DNA of 43,566 nucleotides from a virus. Lineage: Duplodnaviria > Caudoviricetes. How positions within the stretch are numbered: the first letter of the stretch is position 1; every line of letters starts with the position of its first letter. Both the position numbers and the translations under genes were made by a program. Below are positions 1-10,212 of the stretch, in pieces. The notes beneath the pieces are model-generated. The model was given only the letters and a program-made list of their open reading frames with translations, did not search any database and was not told the DNA's origin. The stretch is taken from positions 1 to 43,566 of the IMG/VR virus record IMGVR_UViG_3300024309_000002, one strand, 5' to 3'.

Positions 1-95
1 CCACCGGCAAGGGGGAATCCGCGCACAACAAGGCGGTTTCCAAGACCCGCAAGATTTCCGTTTCCGTCATTTTATCCTGAACCTCGAAGATTTGC

Positions 96-125
96 TTGCA
101 TTATTTTCGCAGACTATGCTATAGT
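96..125 (+). promoter_or_regulatory. Host sigma70-type promoter of the tRNA gene
   Basis: TTGCAT (96-101), 18 bp spacer, TATAGT (120-125) with an upstream TG (extended -10), 13 bp before the tRNA. Confidence 0.65.
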
Positions 126-138
126 TACGTTCTTCAGA

Positions 139-193
<55 letters not shown>

Positions 194-215
<22 letters not shown>

Positions 216-1735
216 AACGTATCTACGCCCCCTATGACGCAAGCCATAGGGGGCGTAGTCATTTCTACCCAAGGCGATCCGTCGTCGTCCTGCCCCACAA
301 CGGGGGCACCCAACAGTTCGCGCAGTAGTTCGCGGGCCACCTCGATGTCGTCTTGCAGCGCGGTGTCCAGGTTCGCCAGCATCTTTTGGTAGTTTTCCAA
401 GGCGGCCTGCACGTTCACGTCCTTGGGCGGCTCCGGGGGCGTGGATTTCAGCCGGGCCATTTCAGCCTCGGCGGCGCGCAGGCGTTCACCAATAGCGTCC
501 GAATAGCCCACCTTCGCCAGCGCGTCAGTCAAGCGCCCTATTTCCGCTTTCAATTCGTCGGTACGGCGACCTGTCTGCCGGGCCTGACCCTGGCAGTCCT
601 GCCGGTGCGCTTTGACGAGTTCCCGCGCCTGCCGCTGCACGTCGGCCTGGGCCTCGGGGGACAGCAACTCGTCCCTGATTATCCCGACCAAGCGGGCGTC
701 TGTGTCGCCGCGCGGGGCCAGCACACCAGGACATGTCCCCCGGTCCTTGCGCGCCGCGCATCCGTACTGATGCTTCGACACGGCCACAACCGCACCGCCG
801 CAGTGGACGCACCGCAAGATGCCCCCGAACAGCGTAGGTTTCCTGCCGCCCTGTTGCTTGATTTCCCGGCGTGCCATCCTGGTGCGCGCCGCAGCCCAGG
901 CAGTATCGTCAACAATGCGCAGGTGTGGCATGTCGGTGACCGACCATTCATCGCGGGGGCGGTCTACGCGCGTGCGCTTGCCGGTGTCGGGATCTTTCAC
1001 CCATTGGCTGCGGTTCCACACGTAGCGCCCGACATACAGTTCGTTGTTCAGAACGCCTGCCAGCCGCGCCGGATTGCCGTAGATAGCGGACACCGCCCAG
1101 GTGCCGCCGCGCAGGCTCGGCACGCCCAGGCGGTTCAGTTCATGCGCGATGCGCTGGCACGACCAGCCATCGGCGTAGTGGGCAAAAATCCAGCGCACCC
1201 ACTCGGCCTGTTCTTCGTTGATCGCCAGCTGATGCCCGCCTTCGACGGCCACCGTGCGATAGCCGTAGGACAGGCCGCCCGCGTGCATCCCCCGGCTGAC
1301 CTGGCCTGCCAGACCCCGGTGCGTCTTCTCCCTCAAGTCGTCCAAGTAGACTTCGTTGATGATGCCACGCATCCCCCGGTGCAGCTTGCGGGTTTTGGAT
1401 TTGGAATCGTAGCCATCGGCTACGCCGACGATACGGATGCCGCGATGTTCCAGGCGTCGGATGACGGTTTCTTGCTCCACCATGTCGCGAGAAAGGCGGT
1501 CAAGCCCTTCGACCAGCAACAGATCAAAACGCCCCGCCAGCGCGTCGGCCAGCAGGGCTTTGCCCCCGGCGCGCAGCGCGACGGGCGTGCTGCCGCTCAC
1601 CCCCTCATCGCCGTGCCGGATTTGGATGGTCGCACCAAGCGAAGCCGCACGTGCGGCACAGGCTCGCTCTTGGTCGGCAATGCTGGTTTCTTTCTGCCGG
1701 TCGGTACTGTATCTTCCGTAGAACGCTGCGCGCAT
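194..1735 (-). CDS. int: Large serine recombinase (integrase), 513 aa
   Basis: N-terminal YGRYST catalytic Ser motif, DRLSR motif, recombinase domain, CxxC...C...C zinc ribbon and coiled coil; adjacent to attL. Confidence 0.95.
223..258 (+). terminator. GC-rich hairpin just downstream of the tRNA, inside the integrase 3' end; probable replacement terminator for the tRNA
   Basis: CTACGCCCCCTATG-acgcaagc-CATAGGGGGCGTAG, a perfect 14-bp stem followed by TCATTTCT. Confidence 0.55.
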
Positions 1736-1797
1736 TGGAATGACCTTTCTAAAAGATGGCGGATCAAAAGGCGGTGGGCCGGGGTGAGTTCCATACG

Positions 1798-2316
1798 TTA
1801 CTCCTTCCCGGCGGGATTGCCGCTTTCCGATTCGATCAGCAGATCAAGGTAGTGCCGGGCTTTCTTCAAGTCCTCGACCCCATTCTTGCTGCGCCAGCGG
1901 GTGACGTATTTGATGACGTTGCCCTCGGCGTAGCCGATCCCGTTCTTGAAGATGAACTCAATGGGCTGGATCGCCATGTTCTTGTAGTGATCGCCGCCCT
2001 CTTGCTTGTCGAGCGCGCGCGCGGCTTGCGCATTGCAAGGACCGCAAAGGGCATAGACGGCGTTGTTCACCATCGCATCAGGGTCAAAGTCTGACTCCTT
2101 GCCACAATCCGTTGCGCCCCGGATGGCGTAGCGCACGGCGGCCTTTACGGCATCACGCTGGGTATGCGTGAGAATCGGAGGCGGCAGTTCCTTGGGTTCG
2201 TCGGCACCGGGGGCGTATTCGCGCGGTGCATACAGCCAATGGTCCTTCGGCAGGGGAAACGATCCGGTAGCGAAGGCACTACCATCTGGCAGTACGACGG
2301 GGTTCATGGTCATCAT
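1798..2316 (-). CDS. DUF3310 (T7 gp1.7/SaV-like) domain protein
   Basis: C-terminal QEGGDHY...QPIEFI...EGNVIKYVTRW..KNGVEDLKKARHYL signature; SD AAGGAG upstream. Confidence 0.75.
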   Translation of the reverse strand: MMTMNPVVLPDGSAFATGSFPLPKDHWLYAPREYAPGADEPKELPPPILTHTQRDAVKAAVRYAIRGATDCGKESDFDPDAMVNNAVYALCGPCNAQAARALDKQEGGDHYKNMAIQPIEFIFKNGIGYAEGNVIKYVTRWRSKNGVEDLKKARHYLDLLIESESGNPAGKE

Positions 2317-3695
2317 GTTCTCCTTTTCATGGCTTCGAGTAGCAAGTCCTGCACGTCGCGCTTGGTTTCGACGCGCTGGATAACGATCTCGTCAACCGTG
2401 TCAGCGGCGACGATGTTGTGGATGAATACGGGGCGGTTGTGTCCGGCCTGGGCCTGCCGAGTGGGGCCGATACGCTCGATGATTTGCAGCCGTTCTTCGA
2501 GGTTCCACCAATGGCCGAAGAACGCGATGATGTTGCCGCCATCTTGCAGGTTCAGGCCGTGGCCTGCGCTGGCCGGATGTGCGAACAGCACCGGGATTTT
2601 TCCGGCGTTCCAATCGCGGATCGTCTGCGGATCGTCGTCGAGCACGCGGCCCTTCGAGAACACCTGCGTCAGCCGGGCAAGATCGCTCTTGAAGTGATAC
2701 GCCACGAGCACCGGCATCCCGGCTGCTTCGGTCACAATGCTGTCGAGCGCCTGCAACTTCACGTCGTGGACTTCGGCCCACACCTCGCTCGTGCCGTCCG
2801 TGTAGATCGCGCCGTTGGCGAGTTGCAGGCACTTGATCGTTTTGCTCGCGGCGTTGAAGGCTTCGATGGCCGTGCCGTCAGACAGCGCGAGGAACATCTC
2901 GCGCTCCATCTCGCGGTACATGCGCTTTGCTGCGGCGGGCAACTCCACGCGCACAGTGTTCACGATCAACTCGGGTAGATCGAAAAAATCGCGCGCATCG
3001 AGCGACAGGCAGATGTCGCGCAGCCGGGCTTCGATCTCGGCCTGGGCGAACGGCAGCGGCTCGATGTCCAGGCGCTCGCCGCGCTGCACGGATTGGAACC
3101 AGCGGTCTTTGAACGCGGTGAAGCTACGGCCCAGGCGTTCGCCCCGGTCGAGGAACCACATTTGCCCCCACAAGTCTTTCAATCCGTTCGGACTTGGCGT
3201 GCCAGTCAACTCGAAGAAATAATCGGCCAGCGTGTGCGCGACGCGGGCCAACTGCCGCGCGCGCTTTCCGCCCTGCTGCAAGCGGAAACTCTTGAGTCGT
3301 GTGGACTCGTCAGAGACGATCTTGCGAAACGGCCAGTTCTTGCCGTAGTGCTCGACCAACCACGGCACGTTGTTATAGTTGATCGTGAACACGTTGGCCG
3401 GGCGCTTGAGCGCAGCGCGGCGTTCGGCTGGCGTGCCGAGGATCGGGGCAACTTCGATGTTGCGTAGGTGCGCCCACTTGGCCGCCTCATCCGGCCACGT
3501 GCTACCGGCCACGCGCTTCGGGGCCAGCACCAGGGCCGGGCCGGGATCGACGAATTCCAGAGCGTCGAGCGCGGTGAGGGTCGATACCGTCTTGCCCAGG
3601 CCCATGCCCGCCCACGCTGCGCTGCGCGGCGTGTCGAGTAGGTGCTCGATGATGCTGCCCTGGTAGGCGTGCGGGGTGAATACACGTCGCGTCAT
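2313..3695 (-). CDS. SNF2-type (DEAD/H superfamily 2) helicase, about 460 aa
   Basis: Motifs MGLGKT, DES, LTGTP, SAGHGLNLQ and Q..ERI; start moved to MTRRVF (3695), overlapping the upstream stop. Confidence 0.9.
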   Translation of the reverse strand: MTRRVFTPHAYQGSIIEHLLDTPRSAAWAGMGLGKTVSTLTALDALEFVDPGPALVLAPKRVAGSTWPDEAAKWAHLRNIEVAPILGTPAERRAALKRPANVFTINYNNVPWLVEHYGKNWPFRKIVSDESTRLKSFRLQQGGKRARQLARVAHTLADYFFELTGTPSPNGLKDLWGQMWFLDRGERLGRSFTAFKDRWFQSVQRGERLDIEPLPFAQAEIEARLRDICLSLDARDFFDLPELIVNTVRVELPAAAKRMYREMEREMFLALSDGTAIEAFNAASKTIKCLQLANGAIYTDGTSEVWAEVHDVKLQALDSIVTEAAGMPVLVAYHFKSDLARLTQVFSKGRVLDDDPQTIRDWNAGKIPVLFAHPASAGHGLNLQDGGNIIAFFGHWWNLEERLQIIERIGPTRQAQAGHNRPVFIHNIVAADTVDEIVIQRVETKRDVQDLLLEAMKRRT

Positions 3696-3910
3696 TCGAT
3701 CACCTCGAACTCGTCGGCGACGGGCCGGTTCTGCCAGCGCTTCGTCAAATGCCAGCCCTTGCACTCGGGGCATTTGTACGCCCACAACTCGATGTTCCGA
3801 CGCTTGCCGACCTGCCGCGCACGGATGCGGGCGATGCGCTCGCTCACGTAGCGGGTTTTGGCGACGCAGTTGAAGTGCGCCTTGGATACAGGCACTTTCT
3901 TTTTGCTCAT
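3692..3910 (-). CDS. Small basic zinc-ribbon protein
   Basis: C..KTRY...YKCPECKGWHLT pattern common in phages; ATGA-type overlaps with both neighbours. Confidence 0.65.
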   Translation of the reverse strand: MSKKKVPVSKAHFNCVAKTRYVSERIARIRARQVGKRRNIELWAYKCPECKGWHLTKRWQNRPVADEFEVIE

Positions 3911-4230
3911 GACAGCACCTCATCGACGCCTTCGATGGAATCGACGACAACGACGTGCTGCCCCATGCGGCGCATCCGCTCATGCTCGCGGACTTGATGT
4001 GGTTTCGCTTTCTCGCCGGGGGCTTTGAGTTCGACCCAAAACGCCACGGGCGGTTTGCGGTAATTGCGCTCGATGCCGACGTATTTGTCGGGCGCTTTGA
4101 GCCATCGTTCGGGCAGCATCACCAACCGATCCGGTGCGCCACGGCGGCCTATCCACTTCACTTTGCGGACTTCTCCGCCCAACTCGTTGACGCGCTTGAC
4201 AAGGTATTGCTCAATCTGTGATTCACGCAT
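3907..4230 (-). CDS. VRR-NUC domain nuclease
   Basis: MRESQIE...GAPDRL...VELKAPG...Q PD-(D/E)xK signature, located between polymerase and helicase. Confidence 0.9.
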   Translation of the reverse strand: MRESQIEQYLVKRVNELGGEVRKVKWIGRRGAPDRLVMLPERWLKAPDKYVGIERNYRKPPVAFWVELKAPGEKAKPHQVREHERMRRMGQHVVVVDSIEGVDEVLS

Positions 4231-4233
4231 GAT

Positions 4234-6327
4234 TCAGTCCTTTTTGTAGCGGTAGGCTTGAAACCCGGCTGCGGCCAGCGGCAGGCCAGCGGCCCACGAC
4301 GGATTGGCCGTCATGAGATCGGACAGCAGCGCGGGGGTGTAGTCGTCGGTATCGGGGGCTTCGGTCAGCACTTCGTCATGCACAGTCAGCACGATCTCGA
4401 AACCGGCTTGTTCGATGCTCGCCATCGTTGAAGCGAGCACGTCGCGGGCGATGGCCTGGGTCACGTTCTCGGCCAGCTTGCCGCCGTAGGTATAGAGCCG
4501 CGTCCATTTGCGCGTGTATTGATGCACGCCCATGTAGGACAGCTTGCCGCCGTCGCTTATCTGCGGCGAGGGGTAACACAGGAACCGCCCGGACGGCAGC
4601 CGAATACGCAGCCACGCGCCGTCGCGGCGCAGCTTGAGCGCGCGGCACTCGAACACCTCGCCGGGGTTGAGCACGGCAAGGCGGGCAGCTTCGAGCAGAT
4701 CGCGCCAGAACGCCACGGTAGCCGGGTGCTCGCGCCGCCATAGGCGCTTGAGCGAGTCGCACACGCAGAAGGTGTTGGGATCGAGGCCGAACAGCCCCAT
4801 GTGCTTTGCCTTGCGCCACGAGACGAACTCCTCGGCCTCGGCCCACACATCGTCGGGGATGCTCGGGCGCGCGGTCTTTGCCATCGCATCGAGGTCGATA
4901 CGGTACGTCGCCGCCCCGGTGAGGAACGCGCCAACGCCGCCCTCGTAGCCGAGCATCAACTCCATCACCTTGCCGATCTGGCGCATCATGCCGTCGCCGC
5001 TGTGCTTGTTCTCCATCACCTCGTCCGGCGTGATGGCGAAGGCACGGGCGTATGCCACGGCGTACAGGTCATGGCCTTGCCCGGCGTCGAAATCGCGGAA
5101 CGCTTGCAGCTTCCACTCCTCGCCCGCTTCCCAGGCGATACCCCGGCCTTCGATGTTCGACAAGTCAGCGACGACCAGCTTTTTGCCGGGAGCGCTGACA
5201 AGCGCGCCACGGATCGCGCTGCTGGTAAGCGTCATGATGTCGCCGTCGTCGAACAGCACGTCGGCACAGTCGGCCTTGAGCAGTTCGATACCCTCGTTGA
5301 TGACGCCTTGTTTGAGCGACGGGCGGGGCAAATTCTGCGGTTGAAACAGCCGACCGGCCCACCGGCCCGTGCGGGCTGCGCCGTCAAATTGCAGGCAGCC
5401 GCGCAGGCGTCCGTCGCTGCTCGCGCCATTCACCAGGGTCTTGTACTTGCTGGTGCTGGTGGTGCTGGCTTGCAGCCGGATGCCGAGCAGTTCGCGAAGT
5501 TCGATGGGCAGATCGGGATCGTTCATGCGCCGCTCAAGCGTGGCCTGCTGCATGTCGGGCAAGTCCAGGCCGTAGGCTTCGAGCAGATATGTGAGCATGG
5601 CGTCGCGCTGCGTAGCGGCCTGCACGGCGTCGTCCGTGATGTCTTGTGTACGCCGAGCGAGCACGCGCTTTTCCCGATCCGTCGCGCGGATGGCCGCGCG
5701 GGCAAGATCGAGATCGACAGTGAAGCCCCGGTCATTGATTCGCTGGTCGAGGTGCCAGAGATCGAGTTCCGCACCTCGGTAGTTCCATGACGGCAGGCGC
5801 TTATCGACTTCGCGCATGGCCTCGATGTCCAGGCCCGCGTAGGTGACGAAGCGCCGCCAGTCCTCGGGGTGGGTTTTGCGCGTGGCGCGCTTGATCTTGT
5901 TGGTTTTCGGGCGCGGCTTGCAGAACAGTTGAATCAGGCGATGGCCCTCTTTGTCCTTGGCCTTGTCAACCGGAACCTTGAGGATGTCGCACAGCGTGCC
6001 GAGTTTGCCCGGCAGCGAGTGGGCCAGCGCCTTGACCATCGTGTCGCGCCAGCGCTCGCGCGGCACGTCAAACTGCGGCCACGCATGGTGCATTACGGTG
6101 CGGTCAAAATGCGAGTTGTGCGCCCACACTTCAACGTCCTGATCGTCGAGTGCTTCGCGCAGCAGCACGGGCATCGCCGCACCCGTAGTGCAGTCCCATA
6201 CCGTGACGGGCGAGTCATCGAGCGCGAAGGCGGCGAGCATGATCTCGACGCGCTCGGCGTAGGCGTGCGTGCCGTGGTTGATCGGCACGTCGGAGTACGT
6301 CTCGAAGTCGAGCCAGAGGCGGGTCAT
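4234..6327 (-). CDS. Phage family A DNA polymerase with 3'-5' exonuclease, about 697 aa
   Basis: Exo motifs LDFET, AHN..FD and Y...D; polymerase motifs A (ADLSNIEGR), B (R..GK...L..GY) and C (VHDE); likely start MTRLWLDFET at 6327. Confidence 0.93.
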   Translation of the reverse strand: MTRLWLDFETYSDVPINHGTHAYAERVEIMLAAFALDDSPVTVWDCTTGAAMPVLLREALDDQDVEVWAHNSHFDRTVMHHAWPQFDVPRERWRDTMVKALAHSLPGKLGTLCDILKVPVDKAKDKEGHRLIQLFCKPRPKTNKIKRATRKTHPEDWRRFVTYAGLDIEAMREVDKRLPSWNYRGAELDLWHLDQRINDRGFTVDLDLARAAIRATDREKRVLARRTQDITDDAVQAATQRDAMLTYLLEAYGLDLPDMQQATLERRMNDPDLPIELRELLGIRLQASTTSTSKYKTLVNGASSDGRLRGCLQFDGAARTGRWAGRLFQPQNLPRPSLKQGVINEGIELLKADCADVLFDDGDIMTLTSSAIRGALVSAPGKKLVVADLSNIEGRGIAWEAGEEWKLQAFRDFDAGQGHDLYAVAYARAFAITPDEVMENKHSGDGMMRQIGKVMELMLGYEGGVGAFLTGAATYRIDLDAMAKTARPSIPDDVWAEAEEFVSWRKAKHMGLFGLDPNTFCVCDSLKRLWRREHPATVAFWRDLLEAARLAVLNPGEVFECRALKLRRDGAWLRIRLPSGRFLCYPSPQISDGGKLSYMGVHQYTRKWTRLYTYGGKLAENVTQAIARDVLASTMASIEQAGFEIVLTVHDEVLTEAPDTDDYTPALLSDLMTANPSWAAGLPLAAAGFQAYRYKKD

Positions 6328-6488
6328 TGCTGCACACCCCCGGCCAAACGATCCCGTATCGCCTTGCGTAGCGCTGTGTGGTTGTAGCGCATGTACGGAG
6401 TGATGGCGACGCCGTGCTTGCGTAGCCATACCTTCATGGCGCGGCGGCGACGTGCGGCCTCCCGTTCGATAGATATGATTGCCTTCAT
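6324..6488 (-). CDS. Small basic hypothetical protein, 54 aa
   Basis: MKAIISIERE...; fills the gap with ATGA overlaps at both ends. Confidence 0.5.
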   Translation of the reverse strand: MKAIISIEREAARRRRAMKVWLRKHGVAITPYMRYNHTALRKAIRDRLAGGVQQ

Positions 6489-6853
6489 GCGGCTTTCCTG
6501 AATGGTGTGAAGTGACGGCCCTCGCGCACGCACTGCCGGACGTTTTGCCGCTGCGTGCCGCCCTTGAGATGGGCCGGGTTGCAGCACAGCCGGTTGTTGC
6601 ACAGGTGCATGGCGACGGACTTGGCCGTGAGGCGTCGCCCGCCGAGTTCCTGCACGGCGACGCGGTGAACCAGGAAAGTGCCAACCTTGCCCTTGCGCGG
6701 CCCCCGCTTGTAGCGGCGGGTGATCTGGCCGTAGCCGGACGAATTGCGCTTGCCCATCCAAATCCAGCACGGGGTGCCGTTGTAGAAGGACTCGTCCGAG
6801 ATCATCGTGTTTGCGAGGATGCGCTCGGCAAGGCTGGCGTATTTCCTGGGCAT
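6485..6853 (-). CDS. HNH endonuclease (homing-endonuclease-like)
   Basis: CWIWMG...GYG...VHRV...HLCNNRLCCNPAHL..GT...N motif. Confidence 0.85.
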   Translation of the reverse strand: MPRKYASLAERILANTMISDESFYNGTPCWIWMGKRNSSGYGQITRRYKRGPRKGKVGTFLVHRVAVQELGGRRLTAKSVAMHLCNNRLCCNPAHLKGGTQRQNVRQCVREGRHFTPFRKAA

Positions 6854-6857
6854 GGCG

Positions 6858-7244
6858 TTACCCCAACTGCCCGCCTGGGCGTGGCCTGCCTTCCAGGTCG
6901 GCCAGAGCGTCGGCCTCGGTCAGCACAGGGTGGGTCAGTTCGCTGCACAAGGCATAGCCGAGTAGCGGCCACACCTTGTCGAGCGCACGGCCCCGCGCCA
7001 GCTTGCGGCCCGTCTCGGCGTCGAACGCCAGCGGGTCAGAGCAGAACGCTTCACCCGTGACGACAAAGCCGTTTCGCAGCGTCAGAAGGCAGATCGTCAA
7101 CAGGCGCAGGGCGTCTATGTGGCGATCTTCAAGCCCGTCCAGGTAGCGTGCCGTTCCCATCGCAGACGCCTCGAAACCCGTGACGTAGTTTTCAGCGACG
7201 ACTTGCTCCTCGGCGAACGTTGGGGGCATCCGGGTTGTGTGCAT
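6858..7244 (-). CDS. N4 gp49/Sf6 gp66 family protein
   Basis: TICLLTLRNGFVVTGEA.C.DP..FDAETGR..A...A..KVWPLLGY signature. Confidence 0.8.
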   Translation of the reverse strand: MHTTRMPPTFAEEQVVAENYVTGFEASAMGTARYLDGLEDRHIDALRLLTICLLTLRNGFVVTGEAFCSDPLAFDAETGRKLARGRALDKVWPLLGYALCSELTHPVLTEADALADLEGRPRPGGQLG

Positions 7245-7256
7245 GGCGCGCCCCCG

Positions 7257-7802
7257 TTATGCGAACTCGGCGTCAGCGCCTTCGCTGATGTCGTCGAATT
7301 CATCCACGTCAGCGGCCCCGCCGCCAGCGAAGGCGTCGCCGTCCTTGAAAAATTGGACGCCGCGCAGGGACGCATTGATGCGCTTGCCGTAGTTGTTGTC
7401 TTGCGCCCAAATATCGAGCGAGACGTTCACGTAGCAACCGCCGTAGGGCTTGCCGTCAGCTTCGACCAGCGGCGACTTGTCGCGGTCGAGCACGGTGGGC
7501 CGCGTGTTGCTGCGGGCCGAGACGAACATGTTGCCGGGGAAACCGTCATAGTTCGACTTCACATCGCCGTCGTGCAGGCAGGTCTTGTCTTGCTTTTCCA
7601 GCGACTTGAGCAGCGCGTCGGCCTTGTCGGCCCACTTCTCTTTCGCCACGGTCTTGATGGCCGCCTCGATGGTCTGGATTTGCGGGTCTGCCGGGTCGAT
7701 CAGGAACGATGCCGAGAAAGCGGGCTTGCCCTCGCCGTTGACGGTCTTGGCCTCGAACAGAGCGGGGAAAGCGAGGCGCACGTTGTTGAGTTTGATCTGC
7801 AT
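7257..7802 (-). CDS. Single-stranded DNA-binding protein (DUF2815-like), 181 aa
   Basis: NVRLAFP.LF...YGGCYVN...GVQF..DGDAF and an acidic C-terminal tail ending EFA; SD AGGAG before 7802. Confidence 0.85.
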   Translation of the reverse strand: MQIKLNNVRLAFPALFEAKTVNGEGKPAFSASFLIDPADPQIQTIEAAIKTVAKEKWADKADALLKSLEKQDKTCLHDGDVKSNYDGFPGNMFVSARSNTRPTVLDRDKSPLVEADGKPYGGCYVNVSLDIWAQDNNYGKRINASLRGVQFFKDGDAFAGGGAADVDEFDDISEGADAEFA

Positions 7803-7812
7803 GGTGTTGCTC

Positions 7813-8040
7813 CTAGATGAGTTTGAGTGCTTCGGAATAGAACAGCCCGGCGTTTTGCCGGAAGTGCTGCGGGTAAAGGTTTTGGACTTTGGCGACAGCG
7901 TGATTGACAGCCTTGGCGCGCTCGTGCGATTCCTCTTTGTCGGGATCGACCGCCGCAGCCCGCTTGAGCATGTCCTGCGCTGCCTCGGGCAACACGTTGT
8001 GCTGCCACTGGCCGGTGTGAACCGCACGAGCCTTCGTCAT
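7813..8040 (-). CDS. Hypothetical protein, 75 aa
   Basis: ORF tightly packed in the operon, with an ATGA overlap with the upstream gene. Confidence 0.55.
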   Translation of the reverse strand: MTKARAVHTGQWQHNVLPEAAQDMLKRAAAVDPDKEESHERAKAVNHAVAKVQNLYPQHFRQNAGLFYSEALKLI

Positions 8041-9341
8041 ACGAATTCCTCCCCGGCTGTTTCGTCGATGAACTCATCGGCGACTTGGCCGACGACCAGC
8101 GCCGGGCGCTTGTCGCTCTCGGGGGCCACCGATGGCGAGCCTTCCGATTGCGTGATGAGTGCTTGCAGCTTGGGCCACTGACGCGGGCCGATCACGCCGT
8201 CCTTGCTCAACTTCTCGGCGGTGGTAGGCGAGATCAGCTTGAGGTCGAACATCTCCTCGGTCTTGAGCCGGAACGACTTGAGCATCGCTTCGGCCTCGGT
8301 AGCGTCGCCCCAGGCGCGGTTGCCGCGCTTGCCTTCGACCAGCTTGTACCCAGGCACGGCATTGCCCGCGAGCAGTTCAGATTCGACGCGCGCGCGGATG
8401 GCCTTACACCAGCCTTCGATCAAGTCGATGGCAGCCATGCGCTCGCCCAACTGCTCGGGCGTGACCAGGGCCACCAGCGCCTGCACCTTCTCGGCGCGGG
8501 CCTCTTTCGTCGGCGCGGTGAGATCGGAAAACTCCGCGCCCACCTCGGCCTGCACCTTCGCGCTCAACGCCGGGCAGATGGCTTTGGCGCGGCAGAAGCG
8601 GCATTGCTTGCCGGGGCGCAGTTCCTGGGCCTGGATCGCCTGCACGTCGAAAGCCGGATCGGCGTACGGCAAGGCCACGCGCGAGATCGTCCTGATCTCA
8701 TCCAGCTTGTCGGTCAACTCCACCAGCGACATGTCCCACTCGCTGATGTGGTCGAGCCGGGGCTGCACGATGACAGCACGCGCCCGCTTGAAGTCCGCCG
8801 TGAACTCGTGCTCGGCCAGCGCCGCGCCCAGGTAGATCGTGAGTTGATCGTTGTTGAACGCATCGACCTTCACGCCCTTGCCGTACTTGAGATCGACGAC
8901 GATCAACTCCTCGTCGAGCACGACTACGGCGTCGGACGTGCCGAAGGCATCCGGTTCGCCTGTGATGTGTGAGATCGACAGGCGCTGCTCGACGAACAGT
9001 TCGCCGCCCTGGGCCACCAGCGCACGCACATAATCGACGTACTTCTGCACGGCCTCGGCCATCTCGTGCTCGACGGTGAAAATCTTGTCCGTCAGCAGAG
9101 GGGTGTAGTCGTGCGCGATGAACACGGTGGAGCCGTCCTCATGCAGCACGATTTGCTGGCCCACGTAGCCCGCCGCAGTGCTGTTATTTTCGAGGCAGAC
9201 CGATGCCAGATAGTGAGCAACCGTGCCTTCGTCGGCAAAGCTGCTGGACGTGTCCGGGATCGTGGCCTCAAGCGCGATGCTGGCCGGGCAGTAAAGCCAG
9301 CGGTGCGCGCCACTTGGGGAAAGGATCGCGTGCGTGCTCAT
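8037..9341 (-). CDS. DUF2800 family PD-(D/E)xK exonuclease (Cas4-like)
   Basis: HAILSPS...W..CP, GTSD...DLKYG and C.FC....C motifs; usual neighbour of DUF2815 and Pol A. Confidence 0.88.
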   Translation of the reverse strand: MSTHAILSPSGAHRWLYCPASIALEATIPDTSSSFADEGTVAHYLASVCLENNSTAAGYVGQQIVLHEDGSTVFIAHDYTPLLTDKIFTVEHEMAEAVQKYVDYVRALVAQGGELFVEQRLSISHITGEPDAFGTSDAVVVLDEELIVVDLKYGKGVKVDAFNNDQLTIYLGAALAEHEFTADFKRARAVIVQPRLDHISEWDMSLVELTDKLDEIRTISRVALPYADPAFDVQAIQAQELRPGKQCRFCRAKAICPALSAKVQAEVGAEFSDLTAPTKEARAEKVQALVALVTPEQLGERMAAIDLIEGWCKAIRARVESELLAGNAVPGYKLVEGKRGNRAWGDATEAEAMLKSFRLKTEEMFDLKLISPTTAEKLSKDGVIGPRQWPKLQALITQSEGSPSVAPESDKRPALVVGQVADEFIDETAGEEFV

Positions 9342-9775
9342 GCCAGCGCCTTTTCCAGATCAGCCAACAGCGCGGCCCAATTCTCGGCGGCGATGTCGTT
9401 CAGGTGCTTGCCGCCGTGCTTGGCGAGAATCTCGACCAGCGCGTCGCGGTTCTTGGGGGCCAGTCGCTTGATGGCGTCGGCCACGGTCGCGCGATCCGGC
9501 TGCGCGCCGCTATTCCCACTTTGTGCCTCGCCGGAGTTCTCGGCCTTGGACTCGGGCGCAGCGTCCGCCCCCGCCTCGGCAGTAGGCCGCGTAGGGGCAG
9601 GCTTCTCCGTTGTCCGCGCAGACGTGGACTTTTTTTCGGTTGTCTCCGGCTTGGCGGCAGACTCTTTCTTGGTCTGTATGGATTCGATGGCCTTGTCGGC
9701 GGCCTCGGCGGTCAAGGCCAACGTAACGGCGGCCAGTTGTTGCGCGTTGTGTAGCGTGATAGTGACGGGGAACAT
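9338..9775 (-). CDS. Hypothetical protein with Ala/Pro/Glu-rich linker
   Basis: SD AGGAG before MFPVTITL; typical gene upstream of DUF2800. Confidence 0.65.
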   Translation of the reverse strand: MFPVTITLHNAQQLAAVTLALTAEAADKAIESIQTKKESAAKPETTEKKSTSARTTEKPAPTRPTAEAGADAAPESKAENSGEAQSGNSGAQPDRATVADAIKRLAPKNRDALVEILAKHGGKHLNDIAAENWAALLADLEKALA

Positions 9776-9792
9776 GGTTTCTCCTGGTGTGG

Positions 9793-10212
9793 TCAAAAAG
9801 TGGTTGCTTGTGCTTCGGACACGAAGGGTTCCCACGTGTCGGGCAGCGAGCAGTTCGCGGGGGTGTTGCGGAACATCGGGGCGATGTCCGCGTCGAGATG
9901 GCCCGCAATGCCGCAGCCAATGCGAGTCACGAAAAATTGAAGGTGCGGGCGGGCCTGGGCGTACTCGATGAAGCGCTCGACAGCCTGCTCGATGGCCGGG
10001 ATCGGCAAGCGGTTCGCAACCGTCGCGTCCACGGTGGGGATGGCGTAGGCGTGGCCGGTACGACCTTGGCTTGCACCCCAGGCCGCCCCGTAATGGCTGT
10101 GCGCGGCATGGGCTGCGCCGCCCAGGTGCGCGCCGATCAAGTTGCTACCGAACACGAAGATGTGTCCGGTAGGCGCGGCGCTGCCGTCCTTGTGGAATTG
10201 GCGGGCGGTCAT
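9793..10212 (-). CDS. Macrodomain-like phage protein (IFVFGSN family), about 139 aa
   Basis: IFVFGSN..G.H.GGAA...YAIPT...F.VTRIGCGIAG motifs; start at 10212 overlaps the upstream stop. Confidence 0.7.
   Translation of the reverse strand: MTARQFHKDGSAAPTGHIFVFGSNLIGAHLGGAAHAAHSHYGAAWGASQGRTGHAYAIPTVDATVANRLPIPAIEQAVERFIEYAQARPHLQFFVTRIGCGIAGHLDADIAPMFRNTPANCSLPDTWEPFVSEAQATTF

Noticed and set aside
3696-3983. N-terminal extensions of helicase, polymerase (6328-6684), SSB (7803-8027), primase (13644-13943) and cement protein (23495-23869) in the ORF track
   Set aside because: They overlap other credible genes; downstream starts have an SD or stop-start coupling and match family N-termini
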